Part shown: piece by piece, positions 36,452 to 47,899 of the stretch | Numbering within the stretch: the first letter of the stretch is position 1 | How the letters are laid out: every line of letters starts with the position of its first letter | Assembly: GCA_030295235.1 (NCBI GenBank) | Contig: AP026146.1 | Location: 186,001-250,000, forward strand | Origin: Fistulifera solaris | Lineage: Eukaryota | Length of the DNA stretch: 64,000 nt | Direction: 5' to 3' | Made by a program: the position numbers and the translations under genes | Notes under the pieces: model-generated | The model's database searches: none | What the model saw: only the letters and a program-made list of their open reading frames with translations | What the model was told of the DNA's origin: nothing

Positions 36452-38029
36452 TTAGGTGGCAATTCGTGTAAAAAAGCTCGTCAAATCCTTCTGGACAAGC
36501 GTGTCATCATCAAACTTGGGTTTCAACTGTCGGAGTGTTTCCAGACGATAAAAATCCAAGATCATCAACCAACCATTTAATCGACGGAAATGCTCGTCAG
36601 CGGTATACCGATTGGTATACGTCGTGAGATAATCCAAGGGCGCTCCGAGCTTGTCACAGAGACGAAACAGAAAACTCATTTCGTCTCGGGTACCGTATTC
36701 CTTGCCACCCTCTTCGTGTGGGACGGTCATTCCCAGCAAAAGCATCCCGGACGTAAAGGCAAGAATCGCGGCTTGCCCTATGGCACAACAGTGCTGGGTA
36801 TGGGCTTCTTTCACCGAATTCAGTCCTTCCAAATGAGTGCGAAGTGCTTGCAAGGCACCGAAACTCGCCACGATTGCCTGACGTGATAGCGGCGGATCTT
36901 TCCCATCTTCGTCCCAGAGCTGAAACGTCTGCATCAAGAGATCATCGAAGGAAACATCATCTGGCAAACAATGGCGGATGGCTTGCAGACTCAAGTGCGC
37001 ATTCATCGAACACGCCGCCGTATCGAGCTTTCCCATGTCGCCATAAAAGGGAAGCAGTTTCGCAACGACGGGAGCGTCACTCCAGTCCTTCATCATTTGC
37101 TCCGCGCGTTGTGCCATGTCGGCATGTTCGTCCGTCGACAACATGACTTGCACTTCTTCGGCGGCCCTCAACAAATCCGTCGTATCACGGAAACTGTTGT
37201 TCTGAATGAGCCATGTGCACAAATCGGTCAATAGTGTTTGAAACGTAGGTGCGGGAGCAACTACTTTCGCGACAATGCGCAACAAATTGGTCAATCCCGC
37301 CTTGTTTTGACGATTCCAGCCATTTTCGCAACGCCAATGACCCAGAATGTGTGTCATTTCTTCCATTGAAACAAAGGGCTCGGATGGACAGTTCTGCAAC
37401 AAAGCATGGGTCGCCCCGATGCCAATGGCACGCATGTCTCCCAATCCTTGACTGATAGCGACACGAAAGAGCCATTGGAAAAGATCGGTCGGTGGATGAT
37501 TCGGAAGGAATCGCAATAGCAGATTCAGATGGTGTGGACTCTCGTACACACTACGAGACACCACTTTTTGAAGTGCAGCATGTTTTGGAGCAATGGAGCG
37601 CAAATCCTGTACGGCGTCTTGGATGCTGCCGTAAAACGAAGACGTGACCTCAAAGGCATGTGTAGGAATGACTTCCTTTTCTTCATATTTACCTTTCATT
37701 TGTTCCAACATGCGACAGCGTCGTTTTCGTTCTGCAACATCCAAGACTTCCGATTCTTCCACCGCAAAGAATCCCGATTGTGTTACATCCACTTTGCGTT
37801 TGAAGACTGTAGTAGTAGAAGTTTCTTGAATGCGTTGAAACTCTTGTTCGGCTTGTTCGACTTGCATTTGTTGAATGAGTAACGATTCTTCGGCGTGACG
37901 TTTCGATTGTTGAATCAATGCGGCAATCGCGTGATGATTCTTTTGTTGCTTCAACGTTTTCCGACGATCGCTGCTGCGAAAGACCGGAGTCGTCAATAAC
38001 AAATCATCGTCACTGTCGTCGTCGGACAT
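36452..38029 (-). CDS. Hypothetical protein
   Basis: Intact 525-aa ORF with no recognised domain. The C-terminal QKDLTSFF resembles a PIP box. Confidence 0.75.
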   Translation of the reverse strand: MSDDDSDDDLLLTTPVFRSSDRRKTLKQQKNHHAIAALIQQSKRHAEESLLIQQMQVEQAEQEFQRIQETSTTTVFKRKVDVTQSGFFAVEESEVLDVAERKRRCRMLEQMKGKYEEKEVIPTHAFEVTSSFYGSIQDAVQDLRSIAPKHAALQKVVSRSVYESPHHLNLLLRFLPNHPPTDLFQWLFRVAISQGLGDMRAIGIGATHALLQNCPSEPFVSMEEMTHILGHWRCENGWNRQNKAGLTNLLRIVAKVVAPAPTFQTLLTDLCTWLIQNNSFRDTTDLLRAAEEVQVMLSTDEHADMAQRAEQMMKDWSDAPVVAKLLPFYGDMGKLDTAACSMNAHLSLQAIRHCLPDDVSFDDLLMQTFQLWDEDGKDPPLSRQAIVASFGALQALRTHLEGLNSVKEAHTQHCCAIGQAAILAFTSGMLLLGMTVPHEEGGKEYGTRDEMSFLFRLCDKLGAPLDYLTTYTNRYTADEHFRRLNGWLMILDFYRLETLRQLKPKFDDDTLVQKDLTSFFTRIAT

Positions 38030-38584
38030 GATGGAGAAAAGTAAATGAGAAAAAAAAAGCTATTCTTCAAAGATTCATTCACACAAAGAATAATAATGAA
38101 TAATGAAAGATTTGGTTTGGTGCTCGCACTTCGTTCTTTCGTTTTTCGTCCTCGCGTTGGGAGTTTGGAGGGAAATTGGGGTATCTTGTCGTACTGGTTT
38201 GAAAGCGACGAATCATAAAACGATCGAAGTGTCCGTTGAAGCGCCGGGGAGTTTTGGGCCAGTTCCAAAAGAAAGTCGTTTTGAAATATTAAAAGAAGAC
38301 ATGAGGCGGTACTTGACTAATAAGTACAAACAATTCTCGAAACAAGATATTACCGTGGCATGGATAGTTCAGAGCACGACTCGAAAAGGGACTGGAAAAA
38401 ATGAAGGTCATTAGTTGGGCTCTCGGAAGCAAAAAGATGACTGCACGCGACGAAATCTTTATAATTTGCATTATTCCGTATTATAGGATTCGGAAGCCAA
38501 AAAAAAAACGAAAGCATTCAAAGTATTCTTTCTTGTCACGCAACAACACACAAAATAAAAAACCTACTCCGTAATAATTAAATT

Positions 38585-41212
38585 ATGGAACATCCGCAAC
38601 GTTTGAAAAGTGTTCGCACGACGCATTGGACGAATGCACCGTCACCCGCGACCACCGTCGGACACGCTCTTTTACACGACACTACAACGGATTACAGTGC
38701 CCTCGAACACGGCATTCCGGTCCTCAAAGTGACACGACGGGGACAATGGAAACCCCGCATTCTTACAATCAGTAAAGATCGATTTGCTTTGTTCGTGACA
38801 CATCAAACCATGGGACGCGGCCACGGTGTATGGTCGAAAATGGCACAATCGTTGCCTCTTCCTTTGCTGACAAGACAAGGTGTTGTCGGATTTACAAATC
38901 GACAAACCTTACGAGAACAATTTGTGCGATCGTTGGATGTCGCTGATTTGGATTTTGTCCAATGGGGTTGTATTGCGACACAAAAACTCGAATGCGCTCG
39001 TATCAAACCGGATGATGTTACAGATTTGATTACCATTGGTCATTCCGGTAATCGTACTTTGGATTTATACATTGCCAATCCACATCATCGGGAATTGTTG
39101 ATTCAGTGTTTGCAACACATGCGAGCGGCGTATCAAGCAATTCGTGTCGCTGTCAGCAATGAAGCACTCTTGTTGCGGTATATATGGTACGATGTCGATG
39201 TCGATCAAACGGGGGCTATTAGTGAAACAGAATTTTTGAAAATTTTGGCGCGCATCAATTTCCATGTCCCACATCCGTTACAACACTATCGACAAGAGGC
39301 GGGCCAGGACGAATTGACGTATCCACAAGTCATGACATTGTTGCAGAAATTGAAACAACAAGTAGGCGGTATGGCCAATTCCTTATGGAATCAAGTCTTT
39401 GGTGCCGAGTCCGAGTGGGTCTCGTCACAAGACTTTCTAAACCAATTTGTGCATGCCCACCAGGGAGAGCATCACGTTTCGCTCGATGATGTGGAACGAC
39501 TCTTGTCGTTTCTCAACCAGATCGAAACCAATTTAGATCAGGAACCAAGACCATTGGATGGAGCCGTCATGATCCACCGTCAACGCTTTGATGTTTATTT
39601 ACACCACGAACTCAACAACGCCTATGATCCGTGGGCGTTGCACCACTGCGACGAGTCGTCGCTCCAGTGGCCCCCTGTCGTACTATTGGATTAATACCAG
39701 TCACAATACGTACTTGACCGGAGATCAATTGCAATCGATCAGCTCGGTGGAAATGTATATGAATGCCTTGCGCAGAGGGTGCAAATGTGTGGAATTGGAT
39801 TGCTGGGATGGAGATAAAAACAAAGATGGCATTTGCCGTGCCGTCGTGTATCATGGTATGACCTTGACGTCCAAAGTTTGGTTTGCGGATATCATTCGCG
39901 TGGTCAATTGTTACGTGGACCAGCATCCAAACACACTGCCCATTATTCTTTCGCTCGAGAATCACTGTTCACATTCGTTTCAAAAACAAATGGCGGCCGA
40001 CTTGAAAGCGATCTTGGGGAATAAATTGTTTGTCCCCCAAGAAACAGATCACAATGTGCAACTTCCATCTCCGGCAAGTTTACGAGGCAAGATTGTCCTC
40101 AAAGGCAAACGTCCTCCGGAACCAGACGATACTCCCATTGAAGATGACGAGGAAGAGGATCCGTATGGAGCCATGTCACCCAAATCGGCCACTCCGTCCC
40201 AAGAAGAGATCGCCAAAAAAGGCAAACCACCGAAAGTTGTCAAAGAATTAGCCTCATTGACCTTATTTCATGGAACCAAATACAAGGAATTCAAAAAATC
40301 CATTGCCGAACCCTGCAGTCACATGCATTCCATCAGTGAACCCAAAATTCACAAAATTGTTCACAAACACGCCTCGAACTCACCACAATGGCGTGAGTAC
40401 AACGTTTCGCACATGACCCGGACGTATCCGGCCGGAGCGCGGGTCGACTCGTCCAACTACAATCCCGTGTTGGCGTGGGCGTTGGGATGTCAGTTGGTGG
40501 CGTTGAATTTTCAAACCGCCGATACGGCGCTAGTGTTGAATGATGGACTTTTTGCGCAGCAGGGAAATTGTGGCTATATTCTCAAACCGGATTCGGTCTT
40601 GTTGCAGGCATCGTCGGAGAAAGACGAACAATCGGAGAAAGATTCTATAGAGTCGGGTTCTGTCAAATCTGCCGATGAGAAACGAACGGATCAATCCTCT
40701 TCCGATTCAAAGGATCCAGTGGTGGCGGTGTTGAAATGTTACCAGCAACTGACACACCAACCGTATCCCGCCAATCGAAAGGGGCCATTCCAGATCGGCA
40801 TTCGCATTTTGAGTGGAAGCTGTTTGCCCAAACCCCGGGGTGCCAAGTTAGGGAAAGCATTGATCCGTACGTGACCGTGGCCGTCCATGATATCCAAGAA
40901 AAAGCCGATGGAACGTTACTGCCGGCGGTCGCCACCCACAGTTCGGCGGCCGTCCCAGACAATGGTTTCTGTCCCCAATGGAACGAAACACAAGCCACAG
41001 AGTTTGTGATACACAATCCGGACGTGGCGTTTTTGCATTTCTCGTTGATTGAAGAAGACATTGGTTTGGATGACAAAGTCGGTGATGCCGTGATTCCTGT
41101 GCGCTGTCTCCGTTTCGGATACCGATCCATTTTATTGCACGATCGGAATGCTACCACACGCAGTGGTCCGTTTGCGTTTGCCACGCTTTTGGTGCACATT
41201 GTTTTAAAATAA
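38585..41212 (+). CDS. PLC: Phosphoinositide-specific phospholipase C (PH-EF-X-Y-C2)
   Basis: YWINTSHNTYLTGDQL, GCKCVELDCWDG, PIILSLENHCS, RTYPAGARVDSSNYNP, VALNFQT, and C2 motifs DPYVTV..NGFCPQWNE..GYRSI. Frameshifts near 39670 and 40850. Confidence 0.93.
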
Positions 41213-41281
41213 TGATACAGTAATAGTTGGTTTATGTAGATTCGTGGACAAAACCGTTGCACTAAACTAGCTAACGTTCGA

Positions 41282-42181
41282 TTATTGTTGCAACTGAAAC
41301 AAAGCTTTCATTTTCTCGGATCCATCCATCATGGCACACGAACGGGGCGTATCCCCATCTAAATCGGGTTGATCGGGATTGGCGTGATGTTGCAATAGTA
41401 AGGAAACAATATCTCGTTTCGCGGCAATGACGGCGGTTTGCAAGACGGAAATTCCATCGCGATCGGCACTGTTGGGATTCCCACCCGCTTCCAAGAGTAA
41501 CTTCAAACATTCGATAGCACCTTTATCGGCGGCTATGTGCAAAGCCGTTTGCTGATGATCATCGGTGGAATTGGGGTCAACGCCTTCATTTTGCAGAAGA
41601 GACTTCACGAGTGCGACATCGCGTTTCGCGGTCGCATTGAGCAAGCGGGAAGCCCCCGATACGATTTCTTTCGAGGCATCGTAACCCCCGTGTTCGACCG
41701 CCGGAAGACTGACCGTCGGTGCCCCAAATCCGTCCGTATCATTTTGGTCTTTCACGACTCCTCCGTTGCAAATCTCTTGTTCAAGTTCGTTCACGGCCGT
41801 CGTATAATGCGTGGCCGCTTGTTCTCGACTCATCGAAGCAACTTTTCTCCAAGCATCCCATTTGGCTTGTTCGACCACGACATTCCATGACTTGGTGGAA
41901 AACTCCGTAGGAGCATTTCCGACCGTCGCTTGTTTGTAAAGGGCATAAAGGATCAATTTATCACCATTGCGCAAGGATGGTAATGCACGGACGCGCTGCG
42001 TTGCTTGGAGAAAGGCGTCCCAAACGGGACCTTGCGGTACATGGACAGGAACCGGTTGCTCGAAGCGTCGACGACGATACCAAGAAACGGTTGATGTTAC
42101 AACGACCACGGCAGTGACGGCAGCGACAGCCCACCAAAGTGGGTCGTCTTTTGTGGCTTTTAAGTAAAAATATCTATTCAT
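41282..42181 (-). CDS. Acyl-CoA-binding protein with ankyrin repeats and an N-terminal TM
   Basis: KLILYALYKQATVG..AKWDAW, then ankyrin repeats TALHIAADKG and DLDGDTP. Confidence 0.92.
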   Translation of the reverse strand: MNRYFYLKATKDDPLWWAVAAVTAVVVVTSTVSWYRRRRFEQPVPVHVPQGPVWDAFLQATQRVRALPSLRNGDKLILYALYKQATVGNAPTEFSTKSWNVVVEQAKWDAWRKVASMSREQAATHYTTAVNELEQEICNGGVVKDQNDTDGFGAPTVSLPAVEHGGYDASKEIVSGASRLLNATAKRDVALVKSLLQNEGVDPNSTDDHQQTALHIAADKGAIECLKLLLEAGGNPNSADRDGISVLQTAVIAAKRDIVSLLLQHHANPDQPDLDGDTPRSCAMMDGSEKMKALFQLQQ

Positions 42182-42485
42182 CTTTTCTTTTCTCTAGGTG
42201 TATTGTCATGGACTGTCAAAACGTTTCACAGCGATGATTTCTTTCATTGAATAATATAGGAGACAACAAAACAATGAAAACATAAATACACTCCGTACGA
42301 ACAAGAAAAAAAGGTCATTGTCGTCGTCGCATCGGAGCGGCCATTTTTTCCGGGACTATTCGTCAGTGGAGTCACGTTCTCCTTCAGAAACACTACACAA
42401 ACAAGGCAACCCAAACCTAGATGCCAAAATGGAATGATGTGAGTGTCTTTCCAAAAATAATTGTCAGGTTCACAAAGAGTGTCTC

Positions 42486-42508
42486 TAGAGAGAGAGAGAG
42501 AGAGAGAG
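42486..42508. repeat. (AG)n microsatellite
   Basis: Direct read. A similar shorter tract lies at about 4505-4519. Confidence 0.8.
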
Positions 42509-42661
42509 TGGAAAACCGTTGCAAGAAAACGTTGACGACACGGAAGAATGAAGAATTGTTGAAAAAAAAAGTCCCCACGACGATGGCAGGGTGTAAGGTG
42601 TAATGAGTGTCAAGTGAAACCTTGTCAGCGAACTTTTTTTTTCTTTGACGAAAATTTGAAT

Positions 42662-45600
42662 CTAATGTTTCATAACAGGACCACGTTGACGGATAGGACC
42701 CGACAAGTGACTCAACGACGATATTTCATCCAAACACATTTCCAACAACGCCAACGGTGATCCCTCTGGTTGCGATACAAAGGCTTCGGACCGTAGTACC
42801 GCGGGAAAGTGATCCAAAATGATATTCGCGGCCACCCGACGCAAGGCTTCCATACACGGCAGCTCTTTTCGCTGAACCACAGTGTCATCCGCCATGATTA
42901 CTTCGACGTCTAGAGAGTAATTGTTGATCCCGAGATGCTGGGCCAAGACCAGTGCGTCCAGGGCCTGGTCGGGTCTTATTTGATTGGCCAACAGGGAACC
43001 TTTCCCGCCGATCGTGCAAAGAATATGATCATTCTGGGATTGCCGCAACAAGCAACACGATGGACAAAAACACTCCTGGGAAGAATCCAACAAAAAGCGT
43101 AGCTCGCATTCTTGTACTAGCGTCGGACAAATGAACTCTTCTCCAATGAGAAGGAGTTCCAGCAGTGTCTCATTGTTAATCCGCGCATTTCCTGTCGGAA
43201 GCGAACCGTGGTACATGTGGTAAACTAAGAGGGAGAGGAATGTGCTACCAAGCGAAACGGTAGTCTCAATTGGTTGGAGTGCCTCATCTTCGGATATGCT
43301 CATCTGAGCAAAGCGAAAGGCGGCAGCGAGCTTTTCGCTTTTTTCGCAAATGATACGGGAATGGGTTGCAAATCGATGACCGTCTTGAGAAATAATAACA
43401 AAGTCTGCGGCTGGTGAATTGAATGAAACCTTATTCTCCGCCTCTGATTGAATCCAAGAGCACTTAGAATCACGTTGCCAATCCGACAACCACGATTGCT
43501 GAACCAGTACGCGAGTCCAGAATGATATCTCTTGCGATCCAGCTTTACGTACCGATTCCCCTTGTAACGGATGACAGTAGATGGCTCGATAACGCAAGCT
43601 CATTGGAACTGAATCCGCGAGGAAACTGTCGTCCAGAAATCTCAACGACTTTTCTTTCAAACACGCTTGCAAGAGTCGTAAACCAACCACGCCGAGATTC
43701 GCCCCGCCGTTATAAAGCGCCAGTACGGAAGATGTCGCGTCCGAAATTTCTTCTTGTGACTCGGAAGCATGCACGACCAATGCAGTGATCAAAGAAACTC
43801 TCAAAGCAACGGTTTGTTCCAACCTCTCTTTGGATTCGAGACCAGCGAAAAACGAATCGGGTTGTTTCGCGAGGACAGGATCCTTTCGGCGCTTCGAATT
43901 GAGCCTGGAAAGAAAGGAATCGTAGGATTTCAAGAGAACATCAATGGCGTCGGCATCTTTCCGTTCTGACGCCAAGACCAGCGCACATCGTCCCAATCCA
44001 CTTTTCGACGAAGGGCAACCGATGTGTCCACGCAACCACGAGGGAAATGGTTCTTCGACGAAAATACAAGGATTGGCCCCCGCTTCCACCAAGACCCTCA
44101 AGATTGTCAACAATGTACGACCAATTGCTGATGTAGAGGATCTATGTTGCTGTCGCATCAAGACGGCTACTTGAAGTGCACCTGTGAGATCATAACCAGA
44201 CCCAGCGGAGTCACTGAATTCTAAAAGAAGCAAGACCATATCGAGATCGTTTGCTTTGACAGCCCACGCCAGAGAGCATGGCGGAGATCCACCCGTAGAG
44301 ACGTCCATCTTTTTTGGGATCACATGCTGGTGATTATTTCCACGCCACATGAGTAGAGACATGACGCAGTCCGAGGAGCCGCTGGCCACCGCCGCCAACA
44401 AAGGTGTTTGCCCGTTGAAATCTTGCATAGACAAGACTTTGGAGAGTAGTGCGAAGCTTCCACACAATGAGGATGTGGAAGATAGCAAAATGTCAAGAAA
44501 CTCTGCTTTGTTTTGTTCACAAACTACGTGAAGGGCGTTTTTAGCCGCATTGTTGGTCGATGAGAGAAGTTTTACAAAACCTGCCGCATGGGGTACTGCA
44601 ATCAAAAGACGCAAGACGGAGCTCGACACTGAACGTCTACAGCAGGCATGCAACACAGTGTTTCCATCCGAATCTCTGGTGTTCACAAAATAAGACCCTG
44701 TACCGAATGAAGAATGGAATATGATTTGGAGTATTTCTTCATACCCGCGTTCCACGGCGACAAACAGAGCTGGAGGGAAGCGCGGGTTATCTTGGGTAAA
44801 CGTTGTACCTTTCCGAGCAGCCGATACGAGGATCTGAACGATATTGGGTCTTTCCAGATCAACAGCCAGTTGAAGAGGTGACTGATTCTGATGAACAATA
44901 CTCTCCTGATCAACTGCTGGAACATATGAAGATTTAAGGAGTAAACGAAGTGCGTCTTCGTCATTCTGTCGAACAGCCTCAGCAATCGGATCATCCATTT
45001 TCAAATAAGGACAGTCCAGAGGCTCTTCGTCTGTATGAGTTATGTTTGGCGGCGTGTACAACGGAACTTCAGGGGGTGCTGGAAGAATAATATGCGCCTG
45101 CTCATTCTTTTCCGATTCTTGTTTCGCCCTCTCTGGAGGCGGCTTGTTTTTCACCACTTGCCACCATCGGTTCCGAAGTTTCTCAATATCTAATTTCTTC
45201 GTGTGGGGTCGACTTGGTACAACATAGGGCTGCAACGGTTCCTCATCGGTAGAACTACAGTCTGTTTCTTTGTCAGGATCCACGGTGGGTTCCAGATTCT
45301 TACTATGTTTCGTTTTTGGTAACAGAGTTAGCCGCGACACGGATAATGAATCATCATGATCATCATCATCATCATCATCATTGTCGGAGAATGCTTCTTC
45401 GGACTGTACAGTTTCTAGAACATTTGAAAACACCAACATAGGCTTATCATTCCACACGGACAAACTCTGTTGTGGAATCAAGCTTGACGGGAGTGCAGGG
45501 AATGCACTTTCATGAAACATTGGTTCGTCTTTCGATTCTTTCTCCGTGTTTTTCGCTGAATCCAGACAGGATGGCGTCTTGGAACGAGTGTGTTTTGAGC

Positions 45601-45808
45601 GTCGTCGTCGTCGATGCTGTAGTTGTTTGGAAGGATTCCCAATTGACTGTCCAGTCTGCCTTCGAGCTTTTGTCGATTGTGTCTCTGATTGCTGATCATT
45701 TTTCCTTGGCTTGTGTCGTCGCGAACGAACGGGTGTTGTGTTTTGCGCGGATGGAATTATGAAATGAGGAACAAAGGTTGGAGCATCCGCTCGCAATTGC
45801 CTTATCAT
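42662..45808 (-). CDS. PAM2-motif, ankyrin-repeat and BTB/POZ protein
   Basis: N-terminal LRADAPTFVP; ankyrins SPLQLAV, GNTVLHAC and GQTPLLAAV; BTB ADFVIISQDGHRFATHSRIICEKSE..YHMYHG. Confidence 0.8.
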   Translation of the reverse strand: MIRQLRADAPTFVPHFIIPSAQNTTPVRSRRHKPRKNDQQSETQSTKARRQTGQSIGNPSKQLQHRRRRRSKHTRSKTPSCLDSAKNTEKESKDEPMFHESAFPALPSSLIPQQSLSVWNDKPMLVFSNVLETVQSEEAFSDNDDDDDDDHDDSLSVSRLTLLPKTKHSKNLEPTVDPDKETDCSSTDEEPLQPYVVPSRPHTKKLDIEKLRNRWWQVVKNKPPPERAKQESEKNEQAHIILPAPPEVPLYTPPNITHTDEEPLDCPYLKMDDPIAEAVRQNDEDALRLLLKSSYVPAVDQESIVHQNQSPLQLAVDLERPNIVQILVSAARKGTTFTQDNPRFPPALFVAVERGYEEILQIIFHSSFGTGSYFVNTRDSDGNTVLHACCRRSVSSSVLRLLIAVPHAAGFVKLLSSTNNAAKNALHVVCEQNKAEFLDILLSSTSSLCGSFALLSKVLSMQDFNGQTPLLAAVASGSSDCVMSLLMWRGNNHQHVIPKKMDVSTGGSPPCSLAWAVKANDLDMVLLLLEFSDSAGSGYDLTGALQVAVLMRQQHRSSTSAIGRTLLTILRVLVEAGANPCIFVEEPFPSWLRGHIGCPSSKSGLGRCALVLASERKDADAIDVLLKSYDSFLSRLNSKRRKDPVLAKQPDSFFAGLESKERLEQTVALRVSLITALVVHASESQEEISDATSSVLALYNGGANLGVVGLRLLQACLKEKSLRFLDDSFLADSVPMSLRYRAIYCHPLQGESVRKAGSQEISFWTRVLVQQSWLSDWQRDSKCSWIQSEAENKVSFNSPAADFVIISQDGHRFATHSRIICEKSEKLAAAFRFAQMSISEDEALQPIETTVSLGSTFLSLLVYHMYHGSLPTGNARINNETLLELLLIGEEFICPTLVQECELRFLLDSSQECFCPSCCLLRQSQNDHILCTIGGKGSLLANQIRPDQALDALVLAQHLGINNYSLDVEVIMADDTVVQRKELPCMEALRRVAANIILDHFPAVLRSEAFVSQPEGSPLALLEMCLDEISSLSHLSGPIRQRGPVMKH

Positions 45809-46078
45809 GGGGATCTACGACTTCATCATCTGATGGTTATCGTTGAATTGGTCCCTCTCCGCTCCTTTCTCCGCCTTTTCGCTAGTCTATTACAACGCTG
45901 GTTGAAGTGAATTATTTAAAAAAAAAAAGACGGCGAAAAAAACAAAAGAAAACGTAGGACGGACAGACCTATTTGCTGGAAGTACGGCACGAACGTAACA
46001 CTAACCCTTGCACGTCTCCTGAGCAAAAACCGACCTTTGCAGCACACTGCATTATAGTTTACATCATACTACTTTGAT

Positions 46079-47126
46079 CTACATGAGAATGTTCCCGCTT
46101 TCATCGCCACAATAGGTTCTTTGATGGGCCTGCAGGGCTTGCAAGGAAAGGCGATTCTTGCGGATCATGCTATGATTCGCCTTGGCACCTCCCGCGTCCA
46201 AGACGGAGACACGAATGGCGGCCAAATCGCGTGCCAGCTGATCTCCGCAACCGTACAAGAATACAATGGCACCTTCCCCATACAGATCGACGTAGCGACG
46301 ACATTTTTCCAAAATAGCTCCTACCGCGCTCTTTCCATCGTGTTCAATGGTGGATGCGCCATAGAACATTTTGACTTCAATCCCTTTGTTTGATCAAAGA
46401 AAATTACTTGAGAATCTCTGTCAATGGTATTTTGCTGACTTGAGGGTGTTACCACTTACAATGTATGCACCTTTCTTCTAAAACATGTTGCATTTTCCTT
46501 TGAGAGGGATGATTCGGAGAATTCTCTTTGTATTTCCGCAACAATACAGGCTGTTTCAATAAAAAGTCGGGCGTGGGTGGATACGGCTCATTCACTTTTC
46601 GTTTCGAATTGTGTTTCTTTTGTTCTTCTTCCGTATAAAAGGATACACGATGGTTGTGCAAAGATTCCTCCACCGCGCGTTCGAACAAATCTGCGGATAT
46701 CCGAATCACATCGTGGTTTCCTAATTGCAACTGCTCCATACTACGATACGGATTCAATTGTTTGATATGATGTCGTCGCAACGAAAGAGCTACCAGCAAG
46801 GGCACTTGTTGTTGATGACACTTTTTCTTGATTTGCGGCAACCGAAACGGCGGTTGATCTTTCATCATTTTGCGTTCGTTCGCTCCCCAACGCAACAACA
46901 ACGGAAGCAATGCCTGTTCTGCTGTTATTGGAATGTAAGGATCCGGACTAAACCACAGCAGAATTCGTTCAGGAGATTTTCCTGGCGGTAATATCTCGCA
47001 ACGGAGGCGTGACGGAAATGGGTCGACTTTGCTCCGTTTTGCCGACGAGGAAGGGTCATCACTGGAATAGTCGGCCGTCTCTTTTGGAACATTCTCCATT
47101 TGTAAATGCCTCTTACGCGACGGCAT
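46079..47126 (-). CDS. CDIN1: CDIN1/C15orf41-like PD-(D/E)XK nuclease
   Basis: Exons 47126-46460 and 46383-46079. FYTEEEQK..PTPDFLL..IH|WIEVKMFYG..YVDLYGEGAIVFLYG. Confidence 0.75.
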
Positions 47127-47343
47127 ATAAAGAAAAGAAACAAGTATTTGAAACGACAACAACAAGAAAGAATTACTACGTACAACAAATAATATTTACT
47201 AATCAGAAATCGGCGTGTGTCGCTGCGGCGAATTTATTGCGGCACCGAAGTGCGAACTTCGTACTTTCATAGAAAACCCGGTAAGGTTAGTGGTAAGCTC
47301 TTTCCATTTAAGCTGCGTGTAAAACCTTATCTGGTAAACGGAT

Positions 47344-47799
47344 TGTCACGGAAATGCGGATAGCGGGCAGACTACTAGGGACTCAGCCAATATGGCCGCA
47401 CGACCTGATGCAAATTCCGATCCCCAAATCGGAAGCATCCGGAGTGTAACCTCTTGAGGCGAGGCCCAAGGGTCTTCTGCACGATTTGGGTTGATCGTGA
47501 AGGCGTGAAAGGTTTGCAAGCAACGCGATACAAGAATGTTAGAGCCACATACGTGAGCTCAGAATTTCAAGATAAAACAAGACCTAGTCCGATGGCAGAG
47601 TGACATTCTCGGCGGAACCATCACCCAGTGAGATTCCACCTTGTTCATTTGTCGGATTTGTAAAGGCTTCATAATATTGTTGTTTGGAAAACTTTGACTG
47701 TTTATCGTCTTAGCTCTACCAGATACTTCCTCTTCTGTTGTTGCGAAACGTAGCGACTTGGTTGACAGAATTTCTGTTTCTGTCCGTCGATACGTGAGA
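47344..47799 (+). repeat. 5' LTR (456 bp)
   Basis: TGTCACG...CGTGAGA; matches 54007-54459. Confidence 0.96.
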
Positions 47800-47813
47800 G
47801 GTTACGAGCCCAG
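47800..47813 (+). promoter_or_regulatory. Primer-binding site, half-tRNA-iMet type
   Basis: GGTTACGAGCCCAG abuts the LTR and is near-complementary to the initiator tRNA-Met anticodon arm. Confidence 0.8.
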
Positions 47814-47899
47814 ATTCACACTATCTGGTACAGTCTTTGCAGTTGTTTGATACACGTGCCCTACTTACTCCTCTTTTGTCGTCTTTCGTTATTCGCGAT

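Noticed and set aside
38103..38414. 103-aa ORF between the orphan gene and PLC
   Set aside because: It lies in a divergent promoter region with no motif support.
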